A stretch of DNA of 64,000 nt from Minutocellus sp. GHC0000111 (GCA_977018835.1 OZ361259.1:682001-746000); one strand, 5' to 3'; counted from the first letter of the stretch, positions 1 through 11,580 are shown. The notes: a model not told the origin generated them from the sequence alone. Translations and numbers: made by a program.

Positions 1-1095
1 CTCTCTGAGCTCAGCGGCATTGACCAGTTGCAAGAGACGATCTGCCCCGACTGCCTTGCATCTCAACACCCTTCGAGAGCGGCAACATGGTCGAACGATT
101 CTCTCCGTCGCATAATTGCAAGCAACGAGGCACATGTTCTCTGTAGCAATGGCCATCGCGTTGAGACAGCCTTACTCTGTGGTCTGGAACCCACTGACTC
201 CCTTCGTGCTGCTACTGATGAAGACCGGATGCTCAACAGATCTGTCTCTTCGGTAAATTCTCACCTTGGCTCAGTTGTGTTGGTTGGTCTCTATGATGAA
301 AGAAGGCATGCCGTGATGCGAGTTGGATCTGGCTTCGTCGCGGACGCAAAGAGAGGTCTTGTCGTGACGGCAGCTCACGTCGTCATAGACATCATGTCAG
401 CGTCGTCTGGCCATCGTCGATCCTGCAAGGCTATTATTGGAGTACTTCCACGCTGCGACCCATCGGCCGCGGTCTACCGGTACTTTGCCGAACTGCTAGT
501 GGAAGATTTTCGCACCATCGATGCTTGCGTACTGAGAATCACGACAAAGTTTGAGCAAGACGTCAGTGCCATCGAGGAGTGTGGCAGCCAGCCGGAAATT
601 CCGGTCGCCAACAATATGGCGATGTTGAAGGCTGAATTGCAACCGCTCAAGATGACATCTGCAAGGGAGATAGGTGAGGACATCCGAATTCTAGGTTATA
701 GTCAAAGCGGCGCTCTCCCTCGCGGTGGCCACATCAATCGCTCCCCAGACCTTAGCCGGGGATACATTGCCAGAATCTTTCGAGCTGATCATGTCAGTAC
801 TAGTAGCTCCGTCGGGCAATTTGTCCCGCGCGAGGAGATTGTCTGTAGTTGTCGTGTCATAGAGGGGATGAGCGGAGGGCCTGCTATTAATAATAATGGC
901 AAGGTCCTCGGATTGCTCAGCAGGTCGGATAAGGCCGATGGCGAGCGCTGTTACTTGGTACCGGCTTCAGAGTTGAGAAGTTTGGTGAAGAGAGCCAAAG
1001 CTATGTGTTCTCTCACCCCCCTTGAAATCTACTGGCGCATGAATAGCACCGCGAGCGGAGAATCTGTGTCCACCAGGAACGATTCATATATGTGA
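1..1095 (+). CDS. Trypsin-like (S1/Trypsin_2) serine protease domain protein, 5' part outside window
   Basis: Frame open from base 1 (ORF track start at 28 is TTG). Catalytic triad motifs: GSGF..VVTAAHVV (His), DACVLRI (Asp), EGMSGGPAINNNGKVLGL (Ser). Confidence 0.85.
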   Translation, partial: LSELSGIDQLQETICPDCLASQHPSRAATWSNDSLRRIIASNEAHVLCSNGHRVETALLCGLEPTDSLRAATDEDRMLNRSVSSVNSHLGSVVLVGLYDERRHAVMRVGSGFVADAKRGLVVTAAHVVIDIMSASSGHRRSCKAIIGVLPRCDPSAAVYRYFAELLVEDFRTIDACVLRITTKFEQDVSAIEECGSQPEIPVANNMAMLKAELQPLKMTSAREIGEDIRILGYSQSGALPRGGHINRSPDLSRGYIARIFRADHVSTSSSVGQFVPREEIVCSCRVIEGMSGGPAINNNGKVLGLLSRSDKADGERCYLVPASELRSLVKRAKAMCSLTPLEIYWRMNSTASGESVSTRNDSYM

Positions 1096-1322
1096 GCATT
1101 TGTGATAGGAAGTTAGTGCATATAGTATACATTTTGAGCAGCATTTATTCCTGCATTGAATATTAGACTCTGACTACTAGTAGCTAGTAGATAGCTCGGT
1201 TTGTTGTGATATTGAGGCTCCCTTTGAGCCTTTCTAATATTCATTATGCATTATGCTCGTGATACTTACCTCTAGGTACCATAACAAGGTAGTACAATTA
1301 TTCTCCTCACTGGCGCGAGCGC

Positions 1323-2735
1323 TCAATCTTTTGAATCTCTGCCTCTATCTCCTCTTCCGTGTCCCTGAGCGTAGAATCGTGCCTCCTTCAATTTGCGATA
1401 GGATGCATCGAATTCTCTCTGCTTCAAGTGGATTCGGCTTATTTTGAAGAGGATTATTGCAGATGCATGTCGCTCATCGGAATTCATCTGTCCATTGCTC
1501 TCCTCGACCGATACAGTTTGCCGTGTCAGACAGTCGTTGTATAGACGGATAGCCTCTTGATGGTCATTCATCCGCGCGTGGGCATCCGCGAGGCTATCAA
1601 GAGTAGTAAGGACTGTAGGGTGATACTTTCCCAGTAAAGCCTCTTGCAGCTCGAGCGCTTCCTTGAGCGCGGCCACTGAATTCAAGTGACGACCCTTGCG
1701 ATGGTATAAGTAGCCCAGATTGCAGAGAGTGGTGCTCATACCGAACTTGAGAGAAGCGTTATCAGCATCGAGACTAAGGGCATGTCGCTGAATCTGCAAA
1801 CTGGCTTCAAATGCCCCACAGGCTTCATTCAGCTGGTTGAGTTCGCAATTCACGCATCCAATGTTGTTGTAAACTCTTCCTACCTGTGGGTCCAATTCAC
1901 CGAGAGCACGGCGGCGAATGGAGAGTGCTTCTGTGAAGCTTTCGAGGGCTTGCTCAAATCGTTTCAACAAGAGGTTAGTGATTCCGACCTTAACGAGAGT
2001 AGTAGCAACATCAGGGTTGATGAGACCTCCATTCCTTGACGATATCTCCTTGCGAACTCGAGCCGCATCTTCAAACGCAACCAAGGCGTCTTCGTGTCGT
2101 TCTGCCCGAAGCAAGACTATACCAAGATTATGCAAGGCCGAACCGACGTAAGGGTGGCCTTCACCATGATCCCTTCGATGATGTGCGAGCAAATTCCTAA
2201 ACATGGACTCTGCCTCGGCATATTCCGCGCGCTTGAGGTGACTTGCGCCGATGGCATATAATGTCTCAATGTTTTGATCGGGATTCTTTAGCATCTTTTG
2301 AACCTCTTTTTGCGAGGGTGAGGGTTGTTTCCAGGAGGCACATGGACCATCGCCACCACCACTGCCGCCGCCATCTATATCCCGAATGTTTATGTTTGGA
2401 GGACTAGATATCACACTCTTGGACGTCAGCCTCAGTATTGACTTCCGCTTCGGCGAGCTCTTCGCATTAGCCTTGGTCTTGCGAGGGGTCTCTTCTTCGC
2501 CTTGCTGTTTTGGTGACTTGTGCCTCCTTATAGATGGGCGGATGAGCATTAGGCCTCGCCGCGACTTTCTCTTCTTGCTTTCATTTTTGCTGCTACTAGT
2601 AGCCGGGACCCTGCTGCTACTCGGTACTGGAGGTTGTCCCTCTTCCTCGTCATCAAATGGGAGGGCAAGATTGGTGATCATCACACTCTCTTCATCGGCA
2701 TTATCACCACCCGCCTTCATGTTCACGAGCCGCAT
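1323..2735 (-). CDS. TPR-repeat coding segment (C-terminal part of the disrupted gene)
   Basis: Repeats such as HPYVGSALHNLGIVL, PDVATTLVKVG, PQVGRVYNNIG, STTLCNLGYLY and HPTVLTTLDSLA. Confidence 0.8.
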   Translation of the reverse strand: MRLVNMKAGGDNADEESVMITNLALPFDDEEEGQPPVPSSSRVPATSSSKNESKKRKSRRGLMLIRPSIRRHKSPKQQGEEETPRKTKANAKSSPKRKSILRLTSKSVISSPPNINIRDIDGGGSGGGDGPCASWKQPSPSQKEVQKMLKNPDQNIETLYAIGASHLKRAEYAEAESMFRNLLAHHRRDHGEGHPYVGSALHNLGIVLLRAERHEDALVAFEDAARVRKEISSRNGGLINPDVATTLVKVGITNLLLKRFEQALESFTEALSIRRRALGELDPQVGRVYNNIGCVNCELNQLNEACGAFEASLQIQRHALSLDADNASLKFGMSTTLCNLGYLYHRKGRHLNSVAALKEALELQEALLGKYHPTVLTTLDSLADAHARMNDHQEAIRLYNDCLTRQTVSVEESNGQMNSDERHASAIILFKISRIHLKQREFDASYRKLKEARFYAQGHGRGDRGRDSKD

Positions 2736-2931
2736 TCTGGAAACAAAGCAGCGCTTCGTTGTTGGTCTTCTCGATATCCCAGGGATCCGTTTGGCTCTTG
2801 GCGTTTTTGCTGTGGACGATACCGAGATTGTGGTATGTACTTGCTACGAAGGGATGGACTTCACCATAGCGGGCCTCTTGAGACTCAAGAATCTTGTTGA
2901 AGGCTTGAAGTGCAAGAGTATACTCTCCACG

Positions 2932-3076
2932 CTTTAAGTTGATTGGTAGGGGAGATTGTGCAAAAAATCAAAGCCGAGTGATAGAAAATACAGGTGGTGA
3001 GAAATGACTGAAATAAATCATGCCGGCAGTAAGAGATAGATGCTGCAAGATTTCGTTCTCCAGCAATCCTACTCAC
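2932..3076 (-). other. Spliceosomal GT-AG intron (145 bp)
   Basis: Donor GAG|GTGAGT at 3076 and acceptor TAAAG| at 2932. Phase-0 joining gives a continuous TPR helix SLNSIASRHVE-RGEYTLALQAF. Confidence 0.8.
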
Positions 3077-4240
3077 CTCGACATGCCTTGAGGCAATGGA
3101 ATTCAGGGAGTTCACGTTATCTTTATCAGAAGCGGTCCGTTTGCGCACACCCACTTGATGAGGACTACGGCTTGCGGTGGTTATCCCCGAAACTGTGCCG
3201 GAAAAGCCTATCTCATCTCGTCGGTACTCACGAAATTCATCGCTCGGGGTAGAAAGAGCGCCATGAGAGAAGGATGAGTGACCCGATTTTGTCCTTTTAT
3301 GCACCCATCGATCCCGAGAAGCACGATCGTCAGCAGAAAGCGTTTCATGTCGCGCGTCCGTTCGCGATTGGGCAGACTTAGTCGAAGTACCACGGAACTT
3401 ATTGATGTTACGGTCCAATCCGTCGTTGGACATTGACTGAGACTCTTTCGTAGATTCAGAATGTAAAGTCGACGAGGCACTTGAAACACTTTGGTCCCTT
3501 TGGCGGGAATTCCCAGAGATATCGGCTGGACGTTCTTTAATGAATTTGGACCTGAATCTCGAGTCATTTGGCGCAATTAAATCGGATGTCACAGGTTGAG
3601 CTTCATCTCGGGGAGAGGCAAATGGCGAGGTGGAAGGGACAGATGACGTAGCCATGAAATGAAACAGACCATTATTATCTTCTGTTGCTACGGATTTGTC
3701 AGCATCCCTCCAATCATTCACAACAGAAGGGAGAGAGTCAAATATAGTATCGTCTTCATAATTTTTCCTTTGGAGCGTCTGATCTGTTTCGGTTCTTGTG
3801 ATTGCTCCGGAAGAGACGCTGCCCTTCGTTCTCTCCAACCGCTCCCTCCTGCGAACATCTCGGATAGGCGACGGCGGAGGAGAAATATCACGGACACACT
3901 CGGCGATTTGAGATGACGAGGACTCGGATGACGAAGATGATGGCGAAGATGATTGGTGGGTGGCACTTCTCTCGCGAGACATGATCTCAGCGATCTGCTT
4001 CATGGTGCTGATCCCCCCAGACAAAAGAGACGTATCCTCCTCAACGTTTGTCGTTCCTCTCGTGATACTGGCACCAATCGGAGCAGCTGGAGCAGAAGGT
4101 CGGGCGTCCCTAAAACGATTGCTCTTCTTCCCCATGTCGCGTTTGGGGGATGAGGTGTGGCTGACAATATCGCCAGATTTCCCCGCCTGAGGTAGACGGG
4201 CTCGCAGCTGTTTGACATACTCATCCATTGCAGCCTGCTC

Positions 4241-4315
4241 GTCACTGACATTGAGCGTTGGAGTTGCCCCCCCCTTCGGGCTGCTTGTCACTGACATTGA
4301 GCGTTGGAGTTGCCC
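4241..4315. repeat. Direct duplication (29-bp core, 46-bp period) around a C8 run
   Basis: gtcactgacattgagcgttggagttgccc at 4241 and 4287; encodes ATPTLNVSD twice in different frames. Confidence 0.9.
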
Positions 4316-7259
4316 TCCCGTTGCTATTCTTCTTGGCATTCATCGTACGATGGTTATCAACAGCCTCGCCGATGTTCGTCTCGGTACGGCGATTTCGATA
4401 AACAGGCTGTTCCACCGACCGGGAATTGTCCCCAGGGGCGTCAGAAGTGGGCGTTGTTCTATCCACTTTAGGCATAGAAGCCAATTGTTTCTTTACCTGC
4501 AAAAATTCACTCAACGGGGACGGCGAGTGTGTTGTCCTTCGGGAAGAGTTTGCATCCGCAATGCGAACACCGTCTCTACGGGCACCCACCGACCATGATA
4601 TGGGTTGGGCACCAGGAGACCAAGCACCCGCTATCACATTCGCATCTGATTTGGTATTGTCCCAGAGCTGATCGTCTTCCCCCCCTCTGACAGCCGCGCT
4701 GCCATTCCCAATCTTCTGATTCTCATCCCCATCACCGCTGGCAACCCTTTGAGCCATTTGGACTTCCTCGGCTTTCTGTTGGAAGGCCAACCTTTCGCTT
4801 CGGCTCAAAGCCGTCATCGCTGTTCGCACTGGAGTCGTTGGTGGGTTCAAGGCTTCGTCCTGTCGGAAGTAATGATCGTCGTCCATTGTGGTATCGTCTT
4901 CGGGGTATCCATTGGTTCCTAGTGAGGGCAGCGTCGATACCACAGACTGGTGCTCGAGATCATCATCAAACCGCACAATTTTGCTGGTCGAACAAGCGGG
5001 CGTCTTTCCAGCAAGCGGTGGCGAAGAATCCGAGTTGACGATTGCATGCTTGGCCAGCATCCTATCAATTGGCTTTTCCCTTCGACTTCCACTAACGTCT
5101 TGGCCATTTCCCTTCATACGATTTGAATTGAAATCACCTCCGGCAGAATTGGGAACAGCAATGCTGTCAATGCCTGAAGAGAGATCACGACCACGATATT
5201 CCAAATCAAGCCCATCTTCAGGTGGCACTGGCGTGGTAGCTCCATACCGTCCTGACGGAGATGGCGAAGGCTCCTTCTCTCTCCGCCTTGGCTGATTATT
5301 GTGAATTGCCACATTGTTGTCCGATACTGCGGCATTCCCTCCCAATGTTCGCGCCGGAGACGTAGCGTTTGCCGCTGTACGGGGGGACGAAGTTGCTTCT
5401 GTCGCCGCCAACCCTGTCACTATCGACGTTGTCTTGGTGGTAACAATACTATCCTTCTCCGGCCGAAACGCCTCCTTCCCATCGCCGTACTGCTGCCTAG
5501 TCATTCGCTTGGTCCGAAGTTGTTCCAAAGTCCGCTCGATGGATTGTACCGTGGCATCGGCCTGAAGATTGCGGTGATGGTGATGATAGTGATGGTTGGA
5601 ATTAGTCTTCTTGGTGTTATCACTTTGAAGATGTCCATCACCAACACCATCATCCACCATGTCATTGCCAAAATTTCCAGCATTGTGATTTCTTCCCCTC
5701 GACACCTGCTGAGGGGAGGAGGCATCGTTATCGTAGCCCTCCTCCTCCTTTGTTCGCCGCCGAGGTTGGGACCTGCCTTTCTCGGGGGACGATGACCGGC
5801 CTTCCGGGTCTGGCCGACGATCACGATACGGTGCATGCTCATGTTCATGTTGAGCGGACACACCAGGTAAACCGCCGCCAACAGTGCCGACTGTGGCCAA
5901 CCGCTCATCACGCTTCATCCTGTCAAAGGCTTGGAGCAATGTTCGGGATTTCAATGCGTCAAAGTCGGCCTCGGTCGAATCCAAGGGTGCGCTCTTATGA
6001 TATGACTTTGCATCGAGCTGCGACGGCGATTGTCGATGGGCATCGGCCACGCCCTTGGGCGACCGTTTGGGCGCATATTCGTATCGTGGCGGAAGCTGAT
6101 TCCTCGCCGCCGATGCAACATGTCCTTCTTCTTCTGATCTCTCCGGCCGGTTGACCGAGGCATCAGCTGCAGATCGCCCAAGTGCTCGTCGGACGGTGCC
6201 GCCTCGATGCCAGGCCGACTGCTGCTATTGTATGCAGCAGACCCAGTCGCAACTTCGTCATTCCTCCCAAGCAATTGCCGCCTCCGCAACTCCTCGTAAT
6301 CCACGAAATCAAAATTGGTGTTGCTGCCGCTGCCTCCGTCGCCGCCACCAGCGCCGCAGATGCTCTTGTGCCTGTTGTCAATTACGTCGGTATCAGTGTC
6401 GCTATTATTGGGCTGCTGCTGCTGCTGCTGCCGATCATGCTTGAGAACGTCGAGGGCATACGAGAGGGAGGCCAGCGACGTGCTTGGCCGTGGAAAGGCG
6501 CTCTGCTGTTGTTGCTGCTGATTCTGCCGGGCCATGATACTACCCAGTATGTGATGGTGGTGCGTGGTGCTGCTCAAGCGAAGCAGCTCAGCGAATCAAG
6601 TGATCAGCGAGCGAGATGACATTTGAACTCGGCTGGTTCTGCAAGTCTCCTTCGATTCAAGTTCGATTTTGTGCTTTGCACAGAACAAAGAACAAAGCAA
6701 CAATGAAAGACCGACGGAAGAAGCAAGAAGCCTCACTTGATGTGCCGGAAGTAAATCGGAAGAGTTGATGCGCAAGGGATGTGCCGATACGAGTATGCAG
6801 CCTCGGCTCTACTATTCTATTGCACTAGCTAGGAGTAGTAGTCGATAGCATGCACTCTATGCCCAGAGCGGAACGAATGGGGCATCAGCTCAGTCAGGTG
6901 CGCGATACGACCATTGGCCAGTGGCGTCCACGGCCGATGGCCCTTGGCGGTTTGCGGGAGTCCATACGTACGTTGAAACTCGTACGTAAAATGTAAAATC
7001 CTGCACAGCTCACTGCGACTGCGAGCACGCATCAGAAAACTATCTTGAGCAAGCTTTGAAGCAGCTATTGTTGTCGTTTCTCCTATTTTACCCTACGTAC
7101 GAGTAGGGAATTGCCCGTCAATTTGTGCGGATCGAGTTGGAACCGACTCGGCCGACTAAGTCTAGCTCTCGTTTCCTCGTGGACCGAGATCCTGACGGAG
7201 GAAGCCGAGCTCTAGGTGAAAACTTAGATCTTGGAGACAGTTCTATCAATCGCATCAGT

Positions 7260-7349
7260 CTACGATCAATCAACATGTCTAAGCTAGAATCTGGTACAAC
7301 AAGACTGCAATCAATCGACATATCTAAGCTAGAATCTGGCACAACAAGT
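7260..7349. repeat. Two-copy 45-bp tandem repeat in a probable gene relic
   Basis: ctacgatcaatcaacatgtctaagctagaatctggtacaacaag versus ctgcaatcaatcgacatatctaagctagaatctggcacaacaag. Confidence 0.85.
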
Positions 7350-7912
7350 CGCTTGAGCTGAGGATCGGATGCAGCCTCAGCTGTTAACTTCTTCTTAGAG
7401 GCTTGGAACAGATTTTTCGATTAATGGCTTCACCAACGTTGTGGGAAGGCGGATCTTGATCACATGGGAGTGCCTTCCGTAACCATTGGTCAAATTGTGC
7501 AATCTTCAGGATATTAGCCGGTGATTCTTTCACCAGCGTGTCAGTTGAAGCAGCTGTGGGTGCATGTAGTGACGCTAGCTACGTAGCAAAAATGCAATTT
7601 TTCCCATGAATCCCGAAAACCGCCTTACTAGCTAGTGTGTCAAAACATGCTCGTTTCATCCATCAGCCCTCGCCGATCTGACATTCCCACATCTCGGAAA
7701 TTGCAAACATTGCAGTCCGTTCGTCACTTTTTTGTCACTTTTCCACGGTCAGGATAAATGTTCACTCTTTGCAATGCGATGAATTAATTAAATAGCCCAC
7801 ATGTTGCTGTTCGGCCGCCACGCCCTCGAACTTCACTCCCGACCTTGCACCGTAATTATCCAGCATCACAGTCTGTCATAAAAAAAATAAACAATCCTCC
7901 TTTGCGACGAAT

Positions 7913-7957
7913 CAACACAACCCAACCCAACCCAACACAACACAACACAACCCAACC
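7913..7957 (+). repeat. (CAACM)n pentanucleotide microsatellite upstream of ORF 7969
   Basis: caacacaacccaacccaacccaacacaacacaacacaacccaacc, just before ATG 7969. Confidence 0.85.
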
Positions 7958-7968
7958 AAGAACGAATC

Positions 7969-8472
7969 ATGACCGCATCGTCAACAACATCCTTCGAAGA
8001 CACCTGTGCCGCCTCGTCCTCTCCTTCGGAATCATCGTCGTCCGTGGTCGTCCTCGAAGGCACCCTCAATGATGTACATGGAGGCCTCTACGACGAAGAA
8101 CAAGAACAAGACGACCAAAGCCCGGAAGTCATCCGCAGGCGTAGGAAGGAACGTCGAGAGAGGCAGCGTCTCCTCCGCCGAAGCCGGGGACAGAGCACCT
8201 CTTCTTCTCAGCACCAAGCCGAACGGCAGGACCTCGTCGCCACCACTGAAGGCACCGCCGCCCTGGATCTGCTCTTCAACCCTCGCGCTCGCGACCTCCA
8301 TCCGCTCAAGCTTGCTCCTGCTATCCTCGCCGCCGTGGAGAACACGACCATCGGCACCAACACCGTTGTCAGTGACAGCAACATGCTCTCTGACGACGAT
8401 GCCATGGCCGCCGCCGAGTCTGCTTCCGACGACGGCGACGACGAAGGTGACGAGTCCTCCTTCTCGACTTAG
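7969..8472 (+). CDS. Hypothetical low-complexity acidic/Arg-rich protein (167 aa)
   Basis: ATG after a CA-rich leader; C-ending codon bias; basic cluster RRRRKERRERQR (possible NLS); no recognisable domain. Confidence 0.6.
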   Translation: MTASSTTSFEDTCAASSSPSESSSSVVVLEGTLNDVHGGLYDEEQEQDDQSPEVIRRRRKERRERQRLLRRSRGQSTSSSQHQAERQDLVATTEGTAALDLLFNPRARDLHPLKLAPAILAAVENTTIGTNTVVSDSNMLSDDDAMAAAESASDDGDDEGDESSFST

Positions 8473-9861
8473 GCCGTCCGCTCTCCACGGTCTCTGTCTG
8501 CTCTTCGCACCGCAGACTGTACAACGCAACGCACGAGGCCCAGCTAGCTAGCACACATGCACATAGACAGTCGAATGATGCCGGCAAGAGAGTGTCTTGC
8601 CATGCCATTCTTTTGAATGAAGAGAGAAGCAACATGTATTGCACATCAGTTACTTTACACATAAATTAAATTAGTAAAGCCAATTTTGATTACGATTACG
8701 ATTGCATGACCCACCTCCTCTTGCATCTGCGCAGGATAGTAGAACAACTTCCAACACAAGACGCAGCTTGTGGATCCCCGTCATTAATTTCGTCCTCTTC
8801 CTCCGGTTCATCCACAATGTAAAGTGGACCACCGCTGAAAGTCCAAACATGATGCATTCTTGGGACGAGGCATCGTCGTCTCCCTGAAACGGCATCGTAT
8901 TGCCAACCGAAACATATCTGGGCCAAAAGGATTGTCCCCACTCCATGTTCTCGGTAGAGATGACCTGACGAAAGTCGCATGCCTTTGTGTTGAAGCCCAA
9001 ATCAACGAGACGTTGGTTCCGAAGACGATTTGTTCCTCCTCGATCTTGTGTCTCTTCGACAAATTGAGGACCTGTCTCCGTGTTCGACGACATCCTGGCT
9101 ATCTACCTTACTCACCGCCATCCGAGCACGTCACAAAGACAAGACCCATCATCTCCTTTCCCGTGATCCAAACCACACTGTTGAACAATGCTTCCGCCCC
9201 CTCAGTTCACCTCCTCCCCGAGATGGAATCGGATAGGTGACCCCAACCGGACTCAGTGGCCGGTTTTTGCAAACTATTATTTCACAACTCACACAATTAT
9301 TATTTATATATATCAGGCCCGCCGATGGATCGTCGGCAGCTGCTCTTCACAACGTTTCTACACCACTCTGATGTCAAACCAAGTTTTCCTGATGCCTTTT
9401 TTACCCAGCCGGTTTACCGGTGTGGTGCATTTTTCGCATGACTTCTCTCTAGTGCCCCTCAAAGTGTCCCTGCTTACCCCAATTGTGGGGTCTGTTCGGT
9501 AGGAGATCTATTCTCTGACTTGAGCCTAGCTCGTATGTCGGCTCGCCGATATCCCTCTAACCGAGGCATTGACACATAGACTCCTAAACTGCTAAAACGT
9601 TTTGCAGTGCTTTTTCAAAGCCCGAAAATATTTACAGGAGTCCTTACTCTACGCCTTGACATCGACAACCCACGTGAACGAACCACAACGCCTCCAAGCC
9701 ATTGGCCTGCTGCCGCCGGCCCGCCACATTAGTAAGCAATACGAGGCCGGCCAATATCACAGCAAGCAAGGGAGCTGTGTGCAGTGGCCCAGTGGAGCTA
9801 CGTAGCTGTCCGATCGGTCGTACTGCTGCTTCTGCAATCGAACGATTAATTACCAACGACG

Positions 9862-11580
9862 ATGGATCGCTACACCATCCTGTCCAACCTGGGAAGCGGG
9901 ACGTTCGGCGAGGTGTACAAGGCACGGCACCGCCGGACCGGCACCGTCGTGGCCATCAAGCGCCTTCGGCTGCGCTGCCCGTCCTTTGCCGATGCCCTCC
10001 AGCTGGCCGAGGTTTCGAGCCTCCGACGGTTGTCTTCGGCAGGCCAATCACATCGAAATATCGTCCAAATTTTTGAGATCATCCGAGAATCGTCCGGTGC
10101 TCTCCAGCTGGTATTTGAGTACATGGCCGACGGCAATCTGTATGATTTGATCCGTTGGGCGTCGGCCGAGAGGGAAGCGATGCAGCAGAATGGTGCTGTT
10201 GGTAACGGCCCAGATCAGCAGAAGATCCTCACCCACCCGCGCATCCAGTCCATCATCTCTCAAGTTCTGAGTAGTCTGGCCTTTATGAACTCCCGATCCT
10301 ACTTTCATCGTGACCTGAAACCGGAGAACATTCTCCTATCAGGTCCCACCGCCAAAATTGCCGACCTGGGCCTGGCCAAGACGCACACCGCCAGCAAATT
10401 CACGTCGTACGTTTCGACCAGGTGGTACCGCGGACCCGAGCTGCTGCTGCGCTCTCCCCGGTACACCAAGACCATCGACAGCTTCGCAGTTGGGTGCATC
10501 ATCGCCGAGCTGTACAATCTCGCCCCGCTGTTTCCAGGGTCGAACGAATTGGACCAGCTGTGGAAGGAGATGAGCGTGATGGGCGCACCGACCGACGACA
10601 CGTGGCCGGAGGGGGTGCGGTTGGCCGAGCGGTTGGGCGTGTTGATGCCCACCATCGTCCCGTACGAACGGCGCAGGGAGTTCAAGTTGGAGCAGAGGAG
10701 AGTTCAGCAGCAGCTGGCGGTGGAGCAGCGTCAGCGGCAGCTTCAACAACAACAGCAGCAGCAGCAGCAAGGGGGAGGAGATGAGGCGGCGGCGAAAGCA
10801 GCAGCATCAGCAGCACTGCATTCGAGAATGATGATGGCGAACAATGCCATCTTGCAAGTTCCTCTGAACAAAATCATGACAACGGCACCTGTATCGGCTC
10901 AGAGGCTGACCGCGGCATTGCTGGTGATGAACCCGGCCAAGAGACTCGATGCGGCCGAGGCGCTGCGGCATGAGTACTTTGCTCCTCCCAGAACCACCGC
11001 CGCCTCTTACAATCCCTATGGCCGTGGTCATGGTCATCGATCTGCTGCTCCACCACCTCGTCGGGCAAAGGACGATAGGATTGTTGACAAGACTGGTGGG
11101 TTGGCCGTGGGTATGAGCATGATAAAGAAACGAGGACGGACGGTCGGTGGCAATCAGCCTCTTTCATCATCAGCAGCAGCAGAAGCGGGATCAGAAGGTC
11201 ATGCCGAAGTCGGAGAAGGTGGCGGTGTTGCCATGCTTTCTAGGGGTCGATCGCAGCAGTCGCAGCAAGAGAACTATTATGGGCAATCTCCTACAACTAC
11301 TGTGGTCACCAGCATGCGGGGCAAGGGGCTTTCTGATCACAACGATGTAGCACTGCAGGATTGCCAGGGCGAGCACAGCGGCGATGATATTCTGCAAAAC
11401 AATCCCCAGAAGAAGCGGCGCCAGCAGCAGCTTAAGGACGTGTCAACGAGTACCAACAATATTACGCCGATGGAGGCGTCGAACAACTCGATCCATTCGT
11501 CCAAGGGTGGTGGATTTCACGAGTGGCTTCTAGCGGGAACGCAAAAGAGGAAAGAGGAACAGGTTCAAGAAAGAAAATGA
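9862..11580 (+). CDS. CMGC Ser/Thr kinase, MAK/ICK/MOK (RCK) family-like
   Basis: MDRY..LGSGTFGEVYKA, VAIK, HRDLKPEN, KIADLGLA, FTSYVSTRWYRGPELLLRS (TxY activation loop), PLFPGSNELDQL; polyQ insert and disordered tail. Confidence 0.92.
   Translation: MDRYTILSNLGSGTFGEVYKARHRRTGTVVAIKRLRLRCPSFADALQLAEVSSLRRLSSAGQSHRNIVQIFEIIRESSGALQLVFEYMADGNLYDLIRWASAEREAMQQNGAVGNGPDQQKILTHPRIQSIISQVLSSLAFMNSRSYFHRDLKPENILLSGPTAKIADLGLAKTHTASKFTSYVSTRWYRGPELLLRSPRYTKTIDSFAVGCIIAELYNLAPLFPGSNELDQLWKEMSVMGAPTDDTWPEGVRLAERLGVLMPTIVPYERRREFKLEQRRVQQQLAVEQRQRQLQQQQQQQQQGGGDEAAAKAAASAALHSRMMMANNAILQVPLNKIMTTAPVSAQRLTAALLVMNPAKRLDAAEALRHEYFAPPRTTAASYNPYGRGHGHRSAAPPPRRAKDDRIVDKTGGLAVGMSMIKKRGRTVGGNQPLSSSAAAEAGSEGHAEVGEGGGVAMLSRGRSQQSQQENYYGQSPTTTVVTSMRGKGLSDHNDVALQDCQGEHSGDDILQNNPQKKRRQQQLKDVSTSTNNITPMEASNNSIHSSKGGGFHEWLLAGTQKRKEEQVQERK

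Larger units (their letters stand above)
1323..6535 (-). pseudogene. Large TPR-repeat (kinesin light chain/NPHP3-type) gene with long disordered N-terminus, disrupted by frameshifts
   Basis: ATG 6535 (MARQNQQQ). Frame change near 6175; +1 frameshift at G8 run 4267-4274; intron 3076..2932 (GAG|GTGAGT...TAAAG|CGT); TPR exon RGEYTLALQAFNKILE..HPFVASTYHNLG; frame break near 2725. ORF 2735..1323 carries multiple HPxVxxxLxNLG TPR repeats. Confidence 0.7.

Noticed and set aside
8671..9240. Overlapping short ORFs on both strands as a gene
   Set aside because: No frame gives a recognisable domain or a consistent gene model. It may be a decayed gene, but this cannot be supported from the sequence.
9239..9492. 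Possible MITE (GACCCCA...TGGGGTC ends, internal CCGG hairpins)
   Set aside because: The inverted match is only 7 bp, with no target-site duplication and no second copy in the window.
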